A DNA stretch of 63,515 nt, the filler included, from Octopus bimaculoides (lineage: Eukaryota), in NCBI RefSeq assembly GCF_001194135.2. It is 5 parts of 5 records of this genome, joined end to end, with 100 filler letters (N's around TTAATTAATTAA, not from the genome) between each part and the next. Parts side by side here need not be neighbours in the genome. Positions count along the whole stretch, not along the records: positions 38,064 to 47,853 come from NW_026398593.1; positions 47,954 to 58,388 come from NC_069004.1; 3 more parts are not named here. The stretch is one strand, 5' to 3'. This document shows positions 40,684 to 50,984 of the stretch, piece after piece. The notes beneath the pieces were generated by a model. The model ran no database searches. It was given only the letters and a program-made list of their open reading frames with translations, and was not told the origin of the DNA. Made by a program: the position numbers and the translations under genes. Each line of letters starts with the position of its first letter. Position 1 is the stretch's first letter.

Positions 40684-41430
40684 NNNNNNNNNNNNNNNNN
40701 NNNNNNNNNNNNNNNNNNNNNNNNNNNNNNNNNNNNNNNNNNNNNNNNNNNNNNNNNNNNNNNNNNNNNNNNNNNNNNNNNNNNNNNNNNNNNNNNNNNN
40801 NNNNNNNNNNNNNNNNNNNNNNNNNNNNNNNNNNNNNNNNNNNNNNNNNNNNNNNNNNNNNNNNNNNNNNNNNNNNNNNNNNNNNNNNNNNNNNNNNNNN
40901 NNNNNNNNNNNNNNNNNNNNNNNNNNNNNNNNNNNNNNNNNNNNNNNNNNNNNNNNNNNNNNNNNNNNNNNNNNNNNNNNNNNNNNNNNNNNNNNNNNNN
41001 NNNNNNNNNNNNNNNNNNNNNNNNNNNNNNNNNNNNNNNNNNNNNNNNNNNNNNNNNNNNNNNNNNNNNNNNNNNNNNNNNNNNNNNNNNNNNNNNNNNN
41101 NNNNNNNNNNNNNNNNNNNNNNNNNNNNNNNNNNNNNNNNNNNNNNNNNNNNNNNNNNNNNNNNNNNNNNNNNNNNNNNNNNNNNNNNNNNNNNNNNNNN
41201 NNNNNNNNNNNNNNNNNNNNNNNNNNNNNNNNNNNNNNNNNNNNNNNNNNNNNNNNNNNNNNNNNNNNNNNNNNNNNNNNNNNNNNNNNNNNNNNNNNNN
41301 NNNNNNNNNNNNNNNNNNNNNNNNNNNNNNNNNNNNNNNNNNNNNNNNNNNNNNNNNNNNNNNNNNNNNNNNNNNNNNNNNNNGACAATTAAGTATACAA
41401 CAACAGCAAATGGACATTTCAAAGCTTATC

Positions 41431-41436
41431 TTTATT
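41431..41436 (-). terminator. Polyadenylation signal AATAAA of the MIB2-like gene
   Basis: TTTATT on the plus strand, about 207 nt beyond the TGA at 41643-41645. Confidence 0.55.
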
Positions 41437-41642
41437 TCAAAAGTTAATTTCTAACAAAGGATCTAAACCAGTGAAAGCGTTTCAATATGGTAAATAGATC
41501 TGCTAGAATTAGTAGCCAAATCCAGTGCACTGCGCCCCTTATCACAGTAAAGAAGGACACATTGGTCAATGTAGTCCTGGGTTTGCTATACTTTGGTCAG
41601 CATTCACCTGGGAGTAAACAACAGCAACATTTACACAGAACT

Positions 41643-41848
41643 TCACCGTTCGTTTAATGAAAGACATTCAAGTGCAGCAAAGCACTCCGCTTCTTTAAAA
41701 GCTTTTCTCAGGGTCTCAACTGTACGTTCCTCTGGTTCGCAATTGATAAACCACTCGCACAGCATTTGGTAACTCTGTTTTACTGTGTCACGAGGGAAAT
41801 CATTCTTGATAATGTCCTGGTCGATTGCTGCAATTCCTAAAAAAACAC
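41643..41848 (-). CDS. MIB2-like gene, terminal exon: Death-domain-like C-terminus
   Basis: Acceptor TCTTTTGCAG|GT (phase 1). GVFLGIAAIDQDIIKNDFPRDTVKQSYQMLCEWFINCEPEERTVETLRKAFKEAECFAALECLSLNER*, fitting the death-fold pattern LG+..I..I..D.P....Q.YQML..W....T+..L..A. Confidence 0.75.
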
Positions 41849-41894
41849 CTGCAAAAGATACAATGAGAAATAACAGCAACGGTAATACTCTTTC

Positions 41895-42090
41895 ACTTGT
41901 TTCAGTCATTTGGCTGCGGCCATGCTGGAGCACCGCCCTTTTAGTCGAGCAAGTCAACCCCAGCACTTATTCTTTGTAAGCCTAGTACTTATTCTATCAG
42001 TCTCTTTTTGCCGAACCGCTAAGTTACGGGGACGTAAACACACCAGCATCGGTTGTCAAGCGATGTTGTGGGGGGACAAACACAAACACA
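41895..42090 (+). mobile_element. SINE family C
   Basis: TTTCAGTCATTTGGCTGCGGCCATGCTGGAGCACCGCC..TTTTGCCGAACCGCTAAGTTACGGGGACGTAAAC; related pieces at 59860-60000, 38110 and 39470. Confidence 0.8.
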
Positions 42091-43469
42091 CATACATATA
42101 TATATATATATATATGGGAGAATTTACGAAAAAAACAACAGACGAAGACAGGTGGTGTAAACAACAAATGGATGTATTAATTTAACGCTCGGGAATAGAG
42201 AAAGTCTTTAATATTTTGAGCCTACGCTCTTCAACTGAAAGGAACACAGAAAGAAATAAGGAGAGAAAAAAAATATATATACATATANNNNNNNNNNNNN
42301 NNNNNNNNNNNNNNNNNNNNNNNNNNNNNNNNNNNNNNNNNNNNNNNNNNNNNNNNNNNNNNNNNNNNNNNNNNNNNNNNNNNNNNNNNNNNNNNNNNNN
42401 NNNNNNNNNNNNNNNNNNNNNNNNNNNNNNNNNNNNNNNNNNNNNNNNNNNNNNNNNNNNNNNNNNNNNNNNNNNNNNNNNNNNNNNNNNNNNNNNNNNN
42501 NNNNNNNNNNNNNNNNNNNNNNNNNNNNNNNNNNNNNNNNNNNNNNNNNNNNNNNNNNNNNNNNNNNNNNNNNNNNNNNNNNNNNNNNNNNNNNNNNNNN
42601 NNNNNNNNNNNNNNNNNNNNNNNNNNNNNNNNNNNNNNNNNNNNNNNNNNNNNNNNNNNNNNNNNNNNNNNNNNNNNNNNNNNNNNNNNNNNNNNNNNNN
42701 NNNNNNNNNNNNNNNNNNNNNNNNNNNNNNNNNNNNNNNNNNNNNNNNNNNNNNNNNNNNNNNNNNNNNNNNNNNNNNNNNNNNNNNNNNNNNNNNNNNN
42801 NNNNNNNNNNNNNNNNNNNNNNNNNNNNNNNNNNNNNNNNNNNNNNNNNNNNNNNNNNNNNNNNNNNNNNNNNNNNNNNNNNNNNNNNNNNNNNNNNNNN
42901 NNNNNNNNNNNNNNNNNNNNNNNNNNNNNNNNNNNNNNNNNNNNNNNNNNNNNNNNNNNNNNNNNNNNNNNNNNNNNNNNNNNNNNNNNNNNNNNNNNNN
43001 NNNNNNNNNNNNNNNNNNNNNNNNNNNNNNNNNNNNNNNNNNNNNNNNNNNNNNNNNNAATGGTTTGTGTATTATCATTATTATTATTACACCTGTAGAA
43101 AAAAGGTAATGTAAAAGGAGAAAGGGCTCTCTACCCCTTTTTATTTACTGACCAGGCTCCCGTGGCTTTTATGGGTTTTTCCACGTGTAACCTTTTAAGC
43201 GCCTCCCCCTATTGGGAGTTTTATTTGTTATATCATTCGCTGTTGTATATTTGTTTACACGAATGTTTTCTTCTTTTCGGACAAAACCCTTTGTACCCTT
43301 CGTCTGTCTTTGCGTTCTGAGTTCAAATTCCACAGAGGTTGATTTTTGCCTTTCATCCTTTCAGGGTCGATAAATTAAGTACCAGTTGTATACCGGGGTC
43401 AAACAAGTTATTCATCAAAGATCTAGCAACAAACATGTCACAACCACTTCAAGATGGATAAGCATATAC

Positions 43470-43520
43470 CTAATTCTTTTGTTAAACGTTGTTGCTGATA
43501 ATCTTTAATTTTAACTGTGT
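43470..43520 (-). CDS. MIB2-like gene, candidate 51-nt linker exon
   Basis: TGTATAG|AC...TTAG|GTATAT, phase 1-1 and in frame: (D)TVKIKDYQQQRLTKEL(G). Weak splice sites and no homology support. Confidence 0.35.
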
Positions 43521-43535
43521 CTATACAACAACAGT

Positions 43536-43905
43536 GGAGGCGCAATGGCCCAGTGGTTAGGGCAGCGGACTCGCGGTCATAGGATCGCGGTTTCGATTCC
43601 CAGACCGGGCGTTGTGAGTGTTTATTGAGCGAAAACACCTAAAGCTCCACGAGGCTCTGGCAGGGGATGGTGGCGAACCATGCTGTACTCTTTCACCACA
43701 ACTTTCTCTCACTCTTACTTCCTGTTTCTGTTGTACCTGTAATTCAAAGGGTCAGCCTTGTCACACTCTGTGTCACGCTGAATATCCCCGAGAACTACGT
43801 TAAGGGTACACGTGTCTGTGGAGTGCTCAGCCACTTGCACGTTGTTCCGTTGATCGGATCAACTGGAACCCTCGTCGTCGTAAGCGACGGAGTGCCAACA
43901 ACAAC
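43536..43905 (+). mobile_element. tRNA-derived SINE (family A), apparently full length
   Basis: GGAGGCGCAATGGCCCAGTGGTTAGGG..GGTTTCGATTCCCAGACCGGGCG, ending in (CAA)n. Confidence 0.9.
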
Positions 43906-43983
43906 ATAAAGTACATTACTCTACACAATAAAGTCAATGAGACAGGCAGGACAAACAGACAGATCAACAAAGAGTATTCTTAC

Positions 43984-44123
43984 CAACTTGACCTCTACTT
44001 GTTACAGGTTTTAAACACCTCAGACATCGTTTAAATGGAGTGTTTGAACATTCTTCACATGTCACAAGGTGTCCACATGGGTGGACTTTTGTTGTGGCCT
44101 TTCTATGTCCGCACCAAAAACAT
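43984..44123 (-). CDS. MIB2-like gene, RING (C3HC4, MIB/IAP type) exon
   Basis: TTTTGTCCACAG| (phase 2) and G|GTAAGA (phase 1). CFWCGHRKATTKVHPCGHLVTCEECSNTPFKRCLRCLKPV = C-x2-C..PCGH-x3-C-x2-C..C-x2-C. Confidence 0.9.
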
Positions 44124-44199
44124 CTGTGGACAAAACAGAGACATATCCAATCAACAACATTCATTTATAACAAATATTACATTGTGTACGGGTTTAGAG

Positions 44200-44345
44200 A
44201 AGAGAATATTATGAGACACGAAACTCAGCCAAATCAGATTGGAGCCTGGTGTTGCCATCCGGTTTCACCAGTCCTCAGTCAAATCGTCCAACCCATGCTA
44301 GCATGGAAAGCGGACGTTAAACGATGATGATGATGATAATGATGA
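44200..44345 (+). mobile_element. SINE family D 3' half with (GAT)n tail
   Basis: CAGATTGGAGCCTGG..CAGTCCTCAGTCAAATCGTCCAACCCATGCTAGCATGGAAAGCGGACGTTAAACGATGATG. Confidence 0.8.
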
Positions 44346-44619
44346 CTTCAATGACAAACAAGAGCACATCAGAAGTTCTCCTTTAAACCATTACATATTG
44401 GCAGAGCTGTGCGTAGCTAAATGGTGCACACACACACACACACACAAATTTCTAAACGCTTGTCTTCTCTCTCTGATACATCACAAAAATCGGTTACACA
44501 CTTTTCTATAAATATATTGCTTTTTGGGCTGCCTCTGATGAAAACACTAGCAACAGTATAATTTTTTGTTAGAATTAAAACTAAACACGCATATAAACAT
44601 AATTATGTGACATTTGTGC

Positions 44620-44812
44620 GGGTGACACGTAAAAGCACCCACTACACTCTCGGAGTGGCTGGCGTTAAGAAGGGCATCCAGCTGTAGAAACTCTGCCAAA
44701 TCAGATTGGAGCCTGGTGTAGCCATCTGGCTTACCAGTCCTCAGTCAAATCGTCCAACCCATGCTAGCATGGAAAGCGGACGTTAAACGATGATGATGAT
44801 GATGATGATGAT
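44620..44812 (+). mobile_element. SINE family D copy
   Basis: CACGTAAAAGCACCCACTACACTCTCGGAGTGG..GGACGTTAAAC(GAT)n. Confidence 0.85.
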
Positions 44813-44865
44813 ATACAAAATAGAAAATGTACTGGTTTATTTTTTCATTGCCAGGAAATACTTAC

Positions 44866-45041
44866 TGTGGTGGTAAAATTGTTTGTAATTTTGTTTTCAG
44901 CTTTGCGTTTCTAACGAGGTCCAATGGTGCGTTATTTTTGTCATTTTTATGGTAAAAATCGGCTCCCTGTTTGGCTAAATATCTGGTAACCACAATGCCA
45001 GAGAGCCTTTCGTCCTTTCTCAAGCTGAGCTCAGTGCAGCA
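44866..45041 (-). CDS. MIB2-like gene, ankyrin-to-RING exon
   Basis: CATTTGTAG| (phase 0) and CA|GTAAGT (phase 2), 176 nt: CCTELSLRKDERLSGIVVTRYLAKQGADFYHKNDKNNAPLDLVRNAKLKTKLQTILPP(Q). Phases match both neighbours. Confidence 0.9.
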
Positions 45042-45344
45042 CTACAAATGATGAAATGTAAAATGATAAAAATATTACACAAATATTCGTAACAGTTGCC
45101 CCTAATTACAGAACAGATCATATAAATCTAATTATAGCTTGTTTGTTACATAATATAACTCAGGTCATAAGGGGAGACTGGATCAGGAAATGGTAACAGA
45201 GGATGGGGTTGAGGGGTGGGAATTGATACATGACAAGCAAAGTTTGTCACTTTCTCACACACACACACACACACACAGATATGTCATCACAAATGCATCC
45301 TCGTTACAGGAGAAAAGCCATTGCCAAGAAGACTTACTGAAATG

Positions 45345-45905
45345 ATTCACGATTGTTGCCATGTGATGCCCTTATGTAACTTTTAAATCCAGCCAAGCTT
45401 TTACACATTTTTTATTACATACTGGACAACTGTGCTGGCTGGCAGGAGAAACAGGTGCCACCACATGCACTCTCTTAGCATGTCTTTTTAGACCTCCAAC
45501 TGAGAGGCAAACCCTTCCACATTTTACACACGTTCTGTCATGAATTCTAATAGCAACATCATTGTTTATCCCGGGTCGATTTCTGTGAGAATTTTTATGG
45601 CTCACCAGGCCTGCACGACTCAAACACGTCTGCCCACAAACCACACACATAAAAAAGCAACACTCTCTCACTTTCCACAGCTTCCCCCCTTCTAAGTCCC
45701 CTCCTAATTCTCTCCCTCCCTCTCAAACCATCTTCCTCCATCCATCATGGTCTTGTGCCTCCCTCTCCCAATCACCAGCTGCAATTCCTGTCTGTATTAG
45801 AACATTTTTAAGGCAATCCTTAAACCTTAGTATAAGGCTTATGTTCTAGTCTTTCAGCTCACCATACAACAGCTGCTTGGGCAGATGCTCATCACGCATC
45901 CTTAA
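45345..45905 (-). mobile_element. Intronic RTE LINE 3' end encoding three C2H2 fingers
   Basis: LPKQLLYGEL..RFKDCLK, then CVVC-x12-HKNSH, CVKC-x12-HAKRVH and a frameshifted third finger CPVCNKKC/KSLAGFKSYIRASH. Confidence 0.85.
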
Positions 45906-46031
45906 CAAATGCCCCCCCCATACTCCTACTGCCACTCCTCTCAAGCACCTCCACATTACTAATGGCCATTTTCCAGTTTATCCCCCCCAATTTTTCTCAT
46001 ACATACATTCACAAACAATCTTAAAACTTAC

Positions 46032-46244
46032 CTCATCTAAAATATCCAGGGGTGCACCCTCGGAATTAAACGCATCTCTTTCCATAGCAAGGTGCAAACA
46101 GTTATTCCCTTCACCGTCAACAGCATTTATGTTTGCACCCAGGGCTATTAACCGGTGCGTTATTCCGAGGTGACCCCGGGAGACAGCTTCAAGCAATGGT
46201 GTCATTTCGATATGGTTCTTCATGTCCAGTTTCAGTGAAACCGT
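46032..46244 (-). CDS. MIB2-like gene, ankyrin-repeat exon
   Basis: TTAATTCCACAG| (phase 0) and GAG|GTAAGT (phase 0), 213 nt: TVSLKLDMKNHIEMTPLLEAVSRGHLGITHRLIALGANINAVDGEGNNCLHLA... Confidence 0.92.
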
Positions 46245-46384
46245 CTGTGGAATTAAAAACAGAAAATGAAAATTGACATGAAAATCAGGGTGGATATCAG
46301 GGTGGATATCAAGGTGTCATTATTGTCTTCCATTGCATACTTGGTCAAACTGATCAGATACATTTGCTGTTTGTTTGTAAAGTT

Positions 46385-47080
46385 AACCTTCATGACATCA
46401 TCATCATCATCATTGTTTAACGTCCACTTTCCATGCTGGCATGGGTTGGACGGTTTGACTGAGGACTGGCAAGCCAGAAGGCTGCTCAAGGCCGCGAGCT
46501 GGCAGAAACGTTTGCGCGCCGGGCGAAATGCTTACCAGTATTTCGTCTGCTGTTACGTTCTGAGTTCAAATTCCGCCGAGGTCAACTTTGCCTTTCATCC
46601 TTTTGGAGTCGATTAAATAAGTACCAGTGACGCACTGGGGTCGATATAATCGACTTAATCCGTTTGCCTGTCCTTGTTTGTCCCTTCTATTTTTGGCCCC
46701 TTGTGGGCAATAAAGAAATAAGAAGGCTGCCCAAGGCTCACTCTGATCTGGCCAAGTTTGTACAACTGGATGCCCTTCCTAATGCCAACCACTCCGAGAG
46801 TGTAGTTGGTGCTTTTACGTGCCAGTCACACGGTACTGGCAACGGCCACGCTCAAAAAGGTGTTTTTTTATGTGCCACCTGCACGGGAGCCAGTCCAGTG
46901 GTACTGGCAACGACCTTGCTCGAATGATTTTCTAACGTGCCCCCAGCACAAGTGCTAGAAGACAACGCTGGTAACGATCACGCTCAAATGGTGCTATTTA
47001 CAGGCCACTAGCACGGAAGCCAGGCAGCTGCTCTGGCAATGAACACGCTCGGACAGTGCTGTTAGTGCTCCACTGGCACG
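46385..47080 (-). mobile_element. SINE family D, split by a younger insertion
   Basis: 46385-46492 and 46721-46830 are the reverse complement of contiguous parts of 44620-44812. Confidence 0.8.
46493..46720 (+). mobile_element. SINE family B nested in family D with a 17-bp TSD
   Basis: CGAGCTGGCAGAAACGTT..GAGTTCAAATTCCGCCGAGGTC. Flanks AGAAGGCTGCTCAAGGC (46476-46492) and AGAAGGCTGCCCAAGGC (46721-46737). Confidence 0.9.
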
Positions 47081-47146
47081 GATATTAATATTAAACAAAG
47101 CAATAAAATAGTAGAGAGTGTATATAATATGTATTTGTGAACTAAC

Positions 47147-47183
47147 CTGGGACAGCATCAAAGTCACCACATCAGAGCATTGG
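47147..47183 (-). CDS. MIB2-like gene, 37-nt ankyrin micro-exon
   Basis: Long pyrimidine tract TTTCTTTCCTCTTTCCATAACTTTCAG| (phase 2) and CAG|GTTAGT (phase 0): xQCSDVVTLMLSQ, in frame with the next exon. Most 5' exon found. Confidence 0.7.
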
Positions 47184-48149
47184 CTGAAAGTTATGGAAAG
47201 AGGAAAGAAAAACATGAAAAATACAAACATTACAGAGATTAAGATAATTAATAGTTATTAGGTCATTAGAGAAAACAAATGTAATTAGGTCATCACAACC
47301 TAATTACAGCAATTATTACACACACACACATATTTATTCACTACACACTCTACTCAGGTGTGTATATATCATTTTTGTACTGTGTAAACACAAATGTATA
47401 TATGGTACAATGAACAACTGTTATATAAACATGAAATTTAGGTGGGAAAGAAGGGCTACAGTTAATTATATGGACACCAGTACATGACTGGTATTGTAAG
47501 AATGGAAGGACAAGTTGACCTTGGCAGGATTTGAACTCAGAACATAAAGAGTCGTAAATAAATACCACAAGGTAGTTTGTCCAACAGTAATAAGACAAGG
47601 ATCAGAGAGGAGAGGGAGAACAGTTTATGAAATAAACCCCTGGATATTACTGGTACAGATTATGTTGACCCCAGAGTGGTAACAGATACTCTGGCAAGAT
47701 TTGAACATGGAACATAAAGAGACAAATGTAAATACTGTAAGGGGATGATTCTGTATTTAGCCCAGGGTCAGAGGAAAGATGGAAACAAAAAGAGAGAGAG
47801 AAAGAGAATGCAGTTCTGCATGGGATGAAAGGAAGAAAAGGGAGGATTTGAACNNNNNNNNNNNNNNNNNNNNNNNNNNNNNNNNNNNNNNNNNNNNTTA
47901 ATTAATTAANNNNNNNNNNNNNNNNNNNNNNNNNNNNNNNNNNNNNNNNNNNNATCGAGATCACCATGTGTAGAACTTTTATACTGGATGAGTATGCAAC
48001 ATGTGTTAAATATTTGATGGCTAAAACACGGAACTAACTATATTTATATTAAAATCAATAATATACCATCTGTAACACAGATGTTTCACGAATACTGCTA
48101 CGAGATATTTTAGAATTTGAAAAATTTTCTTATAATATGAAGTCTTTTA

Positions 48150-49175
48150 AACTAGTTTCTCAGATGCTAAAATTTTTGCGCTTGGATTGTTGGGTCTCTA
48201 AATCAATTGAACTAGTTTAACATATGTCTAAATCTGTGAAATGGAGCCAACAGATGTTTAAGACGTATATTTAAATACCTGAGGTTGCTCGAGCTGATGT
48301 CTAAATGGTTGATATTGATCTAACAGATGTTAAATATTTGTGATTGACCGAACACATGTTTCTGATTGATCTAAAAGATTTTTGAGATTAATATAACATA
48401 CGAAATTGCCTAAAATTTATCCATTAGCCATCAAAATGAGATTCGTCTATGAAACGCCTAATGTCTAAGTTTAGTCTGACAGATGTATAATATCTAAAGT
48501 TATTCAAACATGTTTAATATCTGAGGTTAGTCGAATACATATTAAACTGTCTGAAATTAGTTTAACAGATGCCTAAACGTCTAAGTTTGTCATAACAGTT
48601 GTCTGAACAGATGTCTGGTAGACTAAATTGGTCTTTAGTTACCTGAATGTCTGAAACGTCTCTATGTTCCAAATGGGTGATCTAATTAAAGTCTAAATAG
48701 CTGATATTGCTCAAACAGATATATAAATACCTAAGGTAGGCTTAACATAGATATAAATGTTAGAGAATAGTCTTTTGGGATATTGAATGCCTGAAATTAT
48801 TCTAACTATTACCTAACGCTTTAAGATTGATCTAACAGATGTCTAAATGTCTAAGATTAGTCTAACAGATGTATAAATGGCTATGACCTGCCTAACAGAT
48901 GTCCAAATCTTTGAGATTCACTTGACAGATATCTAGATGCCTTGAGACTGTCTATTAAGCGTCTAAATATATAAGATTGCTCAAGAAGATTAATAAATCT
49001 GAAGAGATTCTTGACAGAAGATGAATTGTGTGAGAATAATCTTTTGGGCGTATAAATGCTTGAAATAAATCAAATGTCAAAATCTCCAAGTTTAGTCTAA
49101 CAGATGTCTAAATATCTGAGATTCATCTACGACGTGTCAGCTATCTAAGATGATTCTAACAGATGTCTTAATTTT
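48150..49175. repeat. Highly diverged 30-bp minisatellite
   Basis: Consensus about TCTAACAGATGTCTAAATRTCTRAGATTRR; register visible at 48681, 48711, 48741, 48801, 48831, 48861, 48891 and 48921. Confidence 0.85.
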
Positions 49176-49499
49176 CTGTTGTGGGTCTGTTAGAAGATGC
49201 GTGAGTGAAATTACTTACTTTTATTCCAATTTTTACGACTCATTATTTAATTCAGATTTAGAGAATATTGTTTATGCCATTGTCTGTCCAAAGCATTTTC
49301 TTAAGCTTGCCCTAAACGTTTATGGTTCTTTTCAGAACTTTAAATTAACCCTTGCTTCATTCGTCCTGAGTAATATAAAACTGTCTTTGTATAAGTCTCA
49401 AGTCACTCTGGTGGTTGAAAAACATTGAGATTGTGCATCGTTTATGATGCAGGAACGCCAGGAAAAATACGTCGAAGTATGTCCTATTTATCGCTTGTC

Positions 49500-49860
49500 A
49501 TATAGAGGATAGGAGGGGTGGGGTGGGTCAATAAAATAAGTACCAGTTGGATACTGGGGTCGATGTAATCGACTTCCTCCCCTCCCCGAAATTGCAGGTC
49601 TTGTGCTAAAATTTCTAACGAGTATTAGTTGTCTGTTTGAATGCGGTGAGCTGGCAGAATCGTTACCGCACAGGAAAAAGTGCTGAGCGGCATTTACGCC
49701 GTCCTTACGTTCTGAGTTCAAATTCCGTCGAGGTCGATTTTGCCCTTTCACCTCTTCGGAGTCGACAAAATAAATACCAGCTGAGCACTGGGGGGGGGTC
49801 GATGTAATCGATTATGTCCCTTTCCCGACATTACTGGCCTCGTGCCAAAATTTGAAGCCA
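49500..49860 (+). mobile_element. Two adjacent SINE family B pieces
   Basis: AAATAAGTACCAG..CTGGGGTCGATGTAATCGACT and GGTGAGCTGGCAGAATCGTT..GAGTTCAAATTCCGTCGAGGTCG. Confidence 0.8.
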
Positions 49861-50847
49861 TTTTTAAAATGTACGTTATGTTTGGTCACTGTAGATAAAA
49901 ATAAACAGATAAATGAGGCCAAGAAATGAAAACATAACATTTGAAACGTCTATTACATCATGTTAACGAACAAAGGTGCAGGTCTGTATGAATGCATACG
50001 CAGGTGTGTGTATATATGAGCCTATTGAAAAGTGTGCCGTGATGATAGAATTCAAACACGATTCAAACGCGTGTGTATATGATTGCAAATCAATGACAGT
50101 GTGCGTATGACTATATACAAACTTATGTATGCATAAGAGTGTATTCAAACGGGTGTGTACATAAGTGGATTTAGAGATGAATATATTTAAAGGAAATTGT
50201 ATATAGAATTATAAATGTATATAGAATGTATAGATACATACAAAAATAGTGCTAATTATAAGCGTTGTGTGTTGCGATCAAAAGGAATTTCTATCAAATA
50301 TTCATACACAAAACTGTATAGTCAACATGTTGATAATGCTTTGTGAGTGTTTGTGTGTGTGTATGTATGTAAGTGAGTGTATATGTGAGTGTATGTATAT
50401 ATTTCTATATACGTACATGTTTATCTACAAAATAGTTTGTTAAATAACGCATAAATGCAAAAGAATATATATACAAAATTTTGAATATTCACACACAGGA
50501 GCAAATACATGTCTATGCCTGTGCATATATNNNNNNNNNNNNNNNNNNNNNNNNNNNNNNNNNNNNNNNNNNNNNNNNNNNNNNNNNNNNNNNNNNNNNN
50601 NNNNNNNNNNNNNNNNNNNNNNNNNNNNNNGAACGTGTACCTGCATATGTGTCACCTTCTGATTGAAGTCTGAGAACTTATTTCTGCCACCTGTTCACTG
50701 GCAAAAGTATGAAGTCTTACCTGTTCCCTTTGTCACCCTCTGTGTAATCAGTCACCCTTCAAATTTTAAGGGCTTGCATCACATTATTATTATTATTATT
50801 ATTGTTATTATTATTATTATTATTATTAATAATAATAATAATAATAA

Positions 50848-50878
<31 letters not shown>

Positions 50879-50893
50879 AACAACAACAACAAC

Positions 50894-50984
50894 AGGGCGG
50901 CAAGCTGGCAGAAGCGTTAGCACGGTGGACGAAATGCTTAGCGGTATTTCGCCGGTGACTATGTTCTGAGTTCAAGTTCGGCCT
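50894..50984 (+). mobile_element. SINE family B head after a compound microsatellite
   Basis: GGCGGCAAGCTGGCAGAAGCGTTAGCACGG; preceded by (ATT)(AAT)(AAG)(AAC) runs at 50783-50893. Confidence 0.75.

Noticed and set aside
41849-41966. N-terminal hydrophobic part of ORF 41643-41966 as coding
   Set aside because: It lies upstream of a clear acceptor at 41849-41850 and derives mostly from a family C SINE.
43059-43092. Acceptor TTTTTTCTACAG| at 43093 as the missing Death-domain exon
   Set aside because: The phase-1 reading gives GVIIIMIIHKP from an ATA repeat, with no death-fold features; the remainder is in the gap and cannot be tested.
45372-45671. Host C2H2 zinc-finger gene
   Set aside because: Contiguous with RTE coding sequence, lacks TGEKP linkers, and has a second TE copy at 22300-22470.
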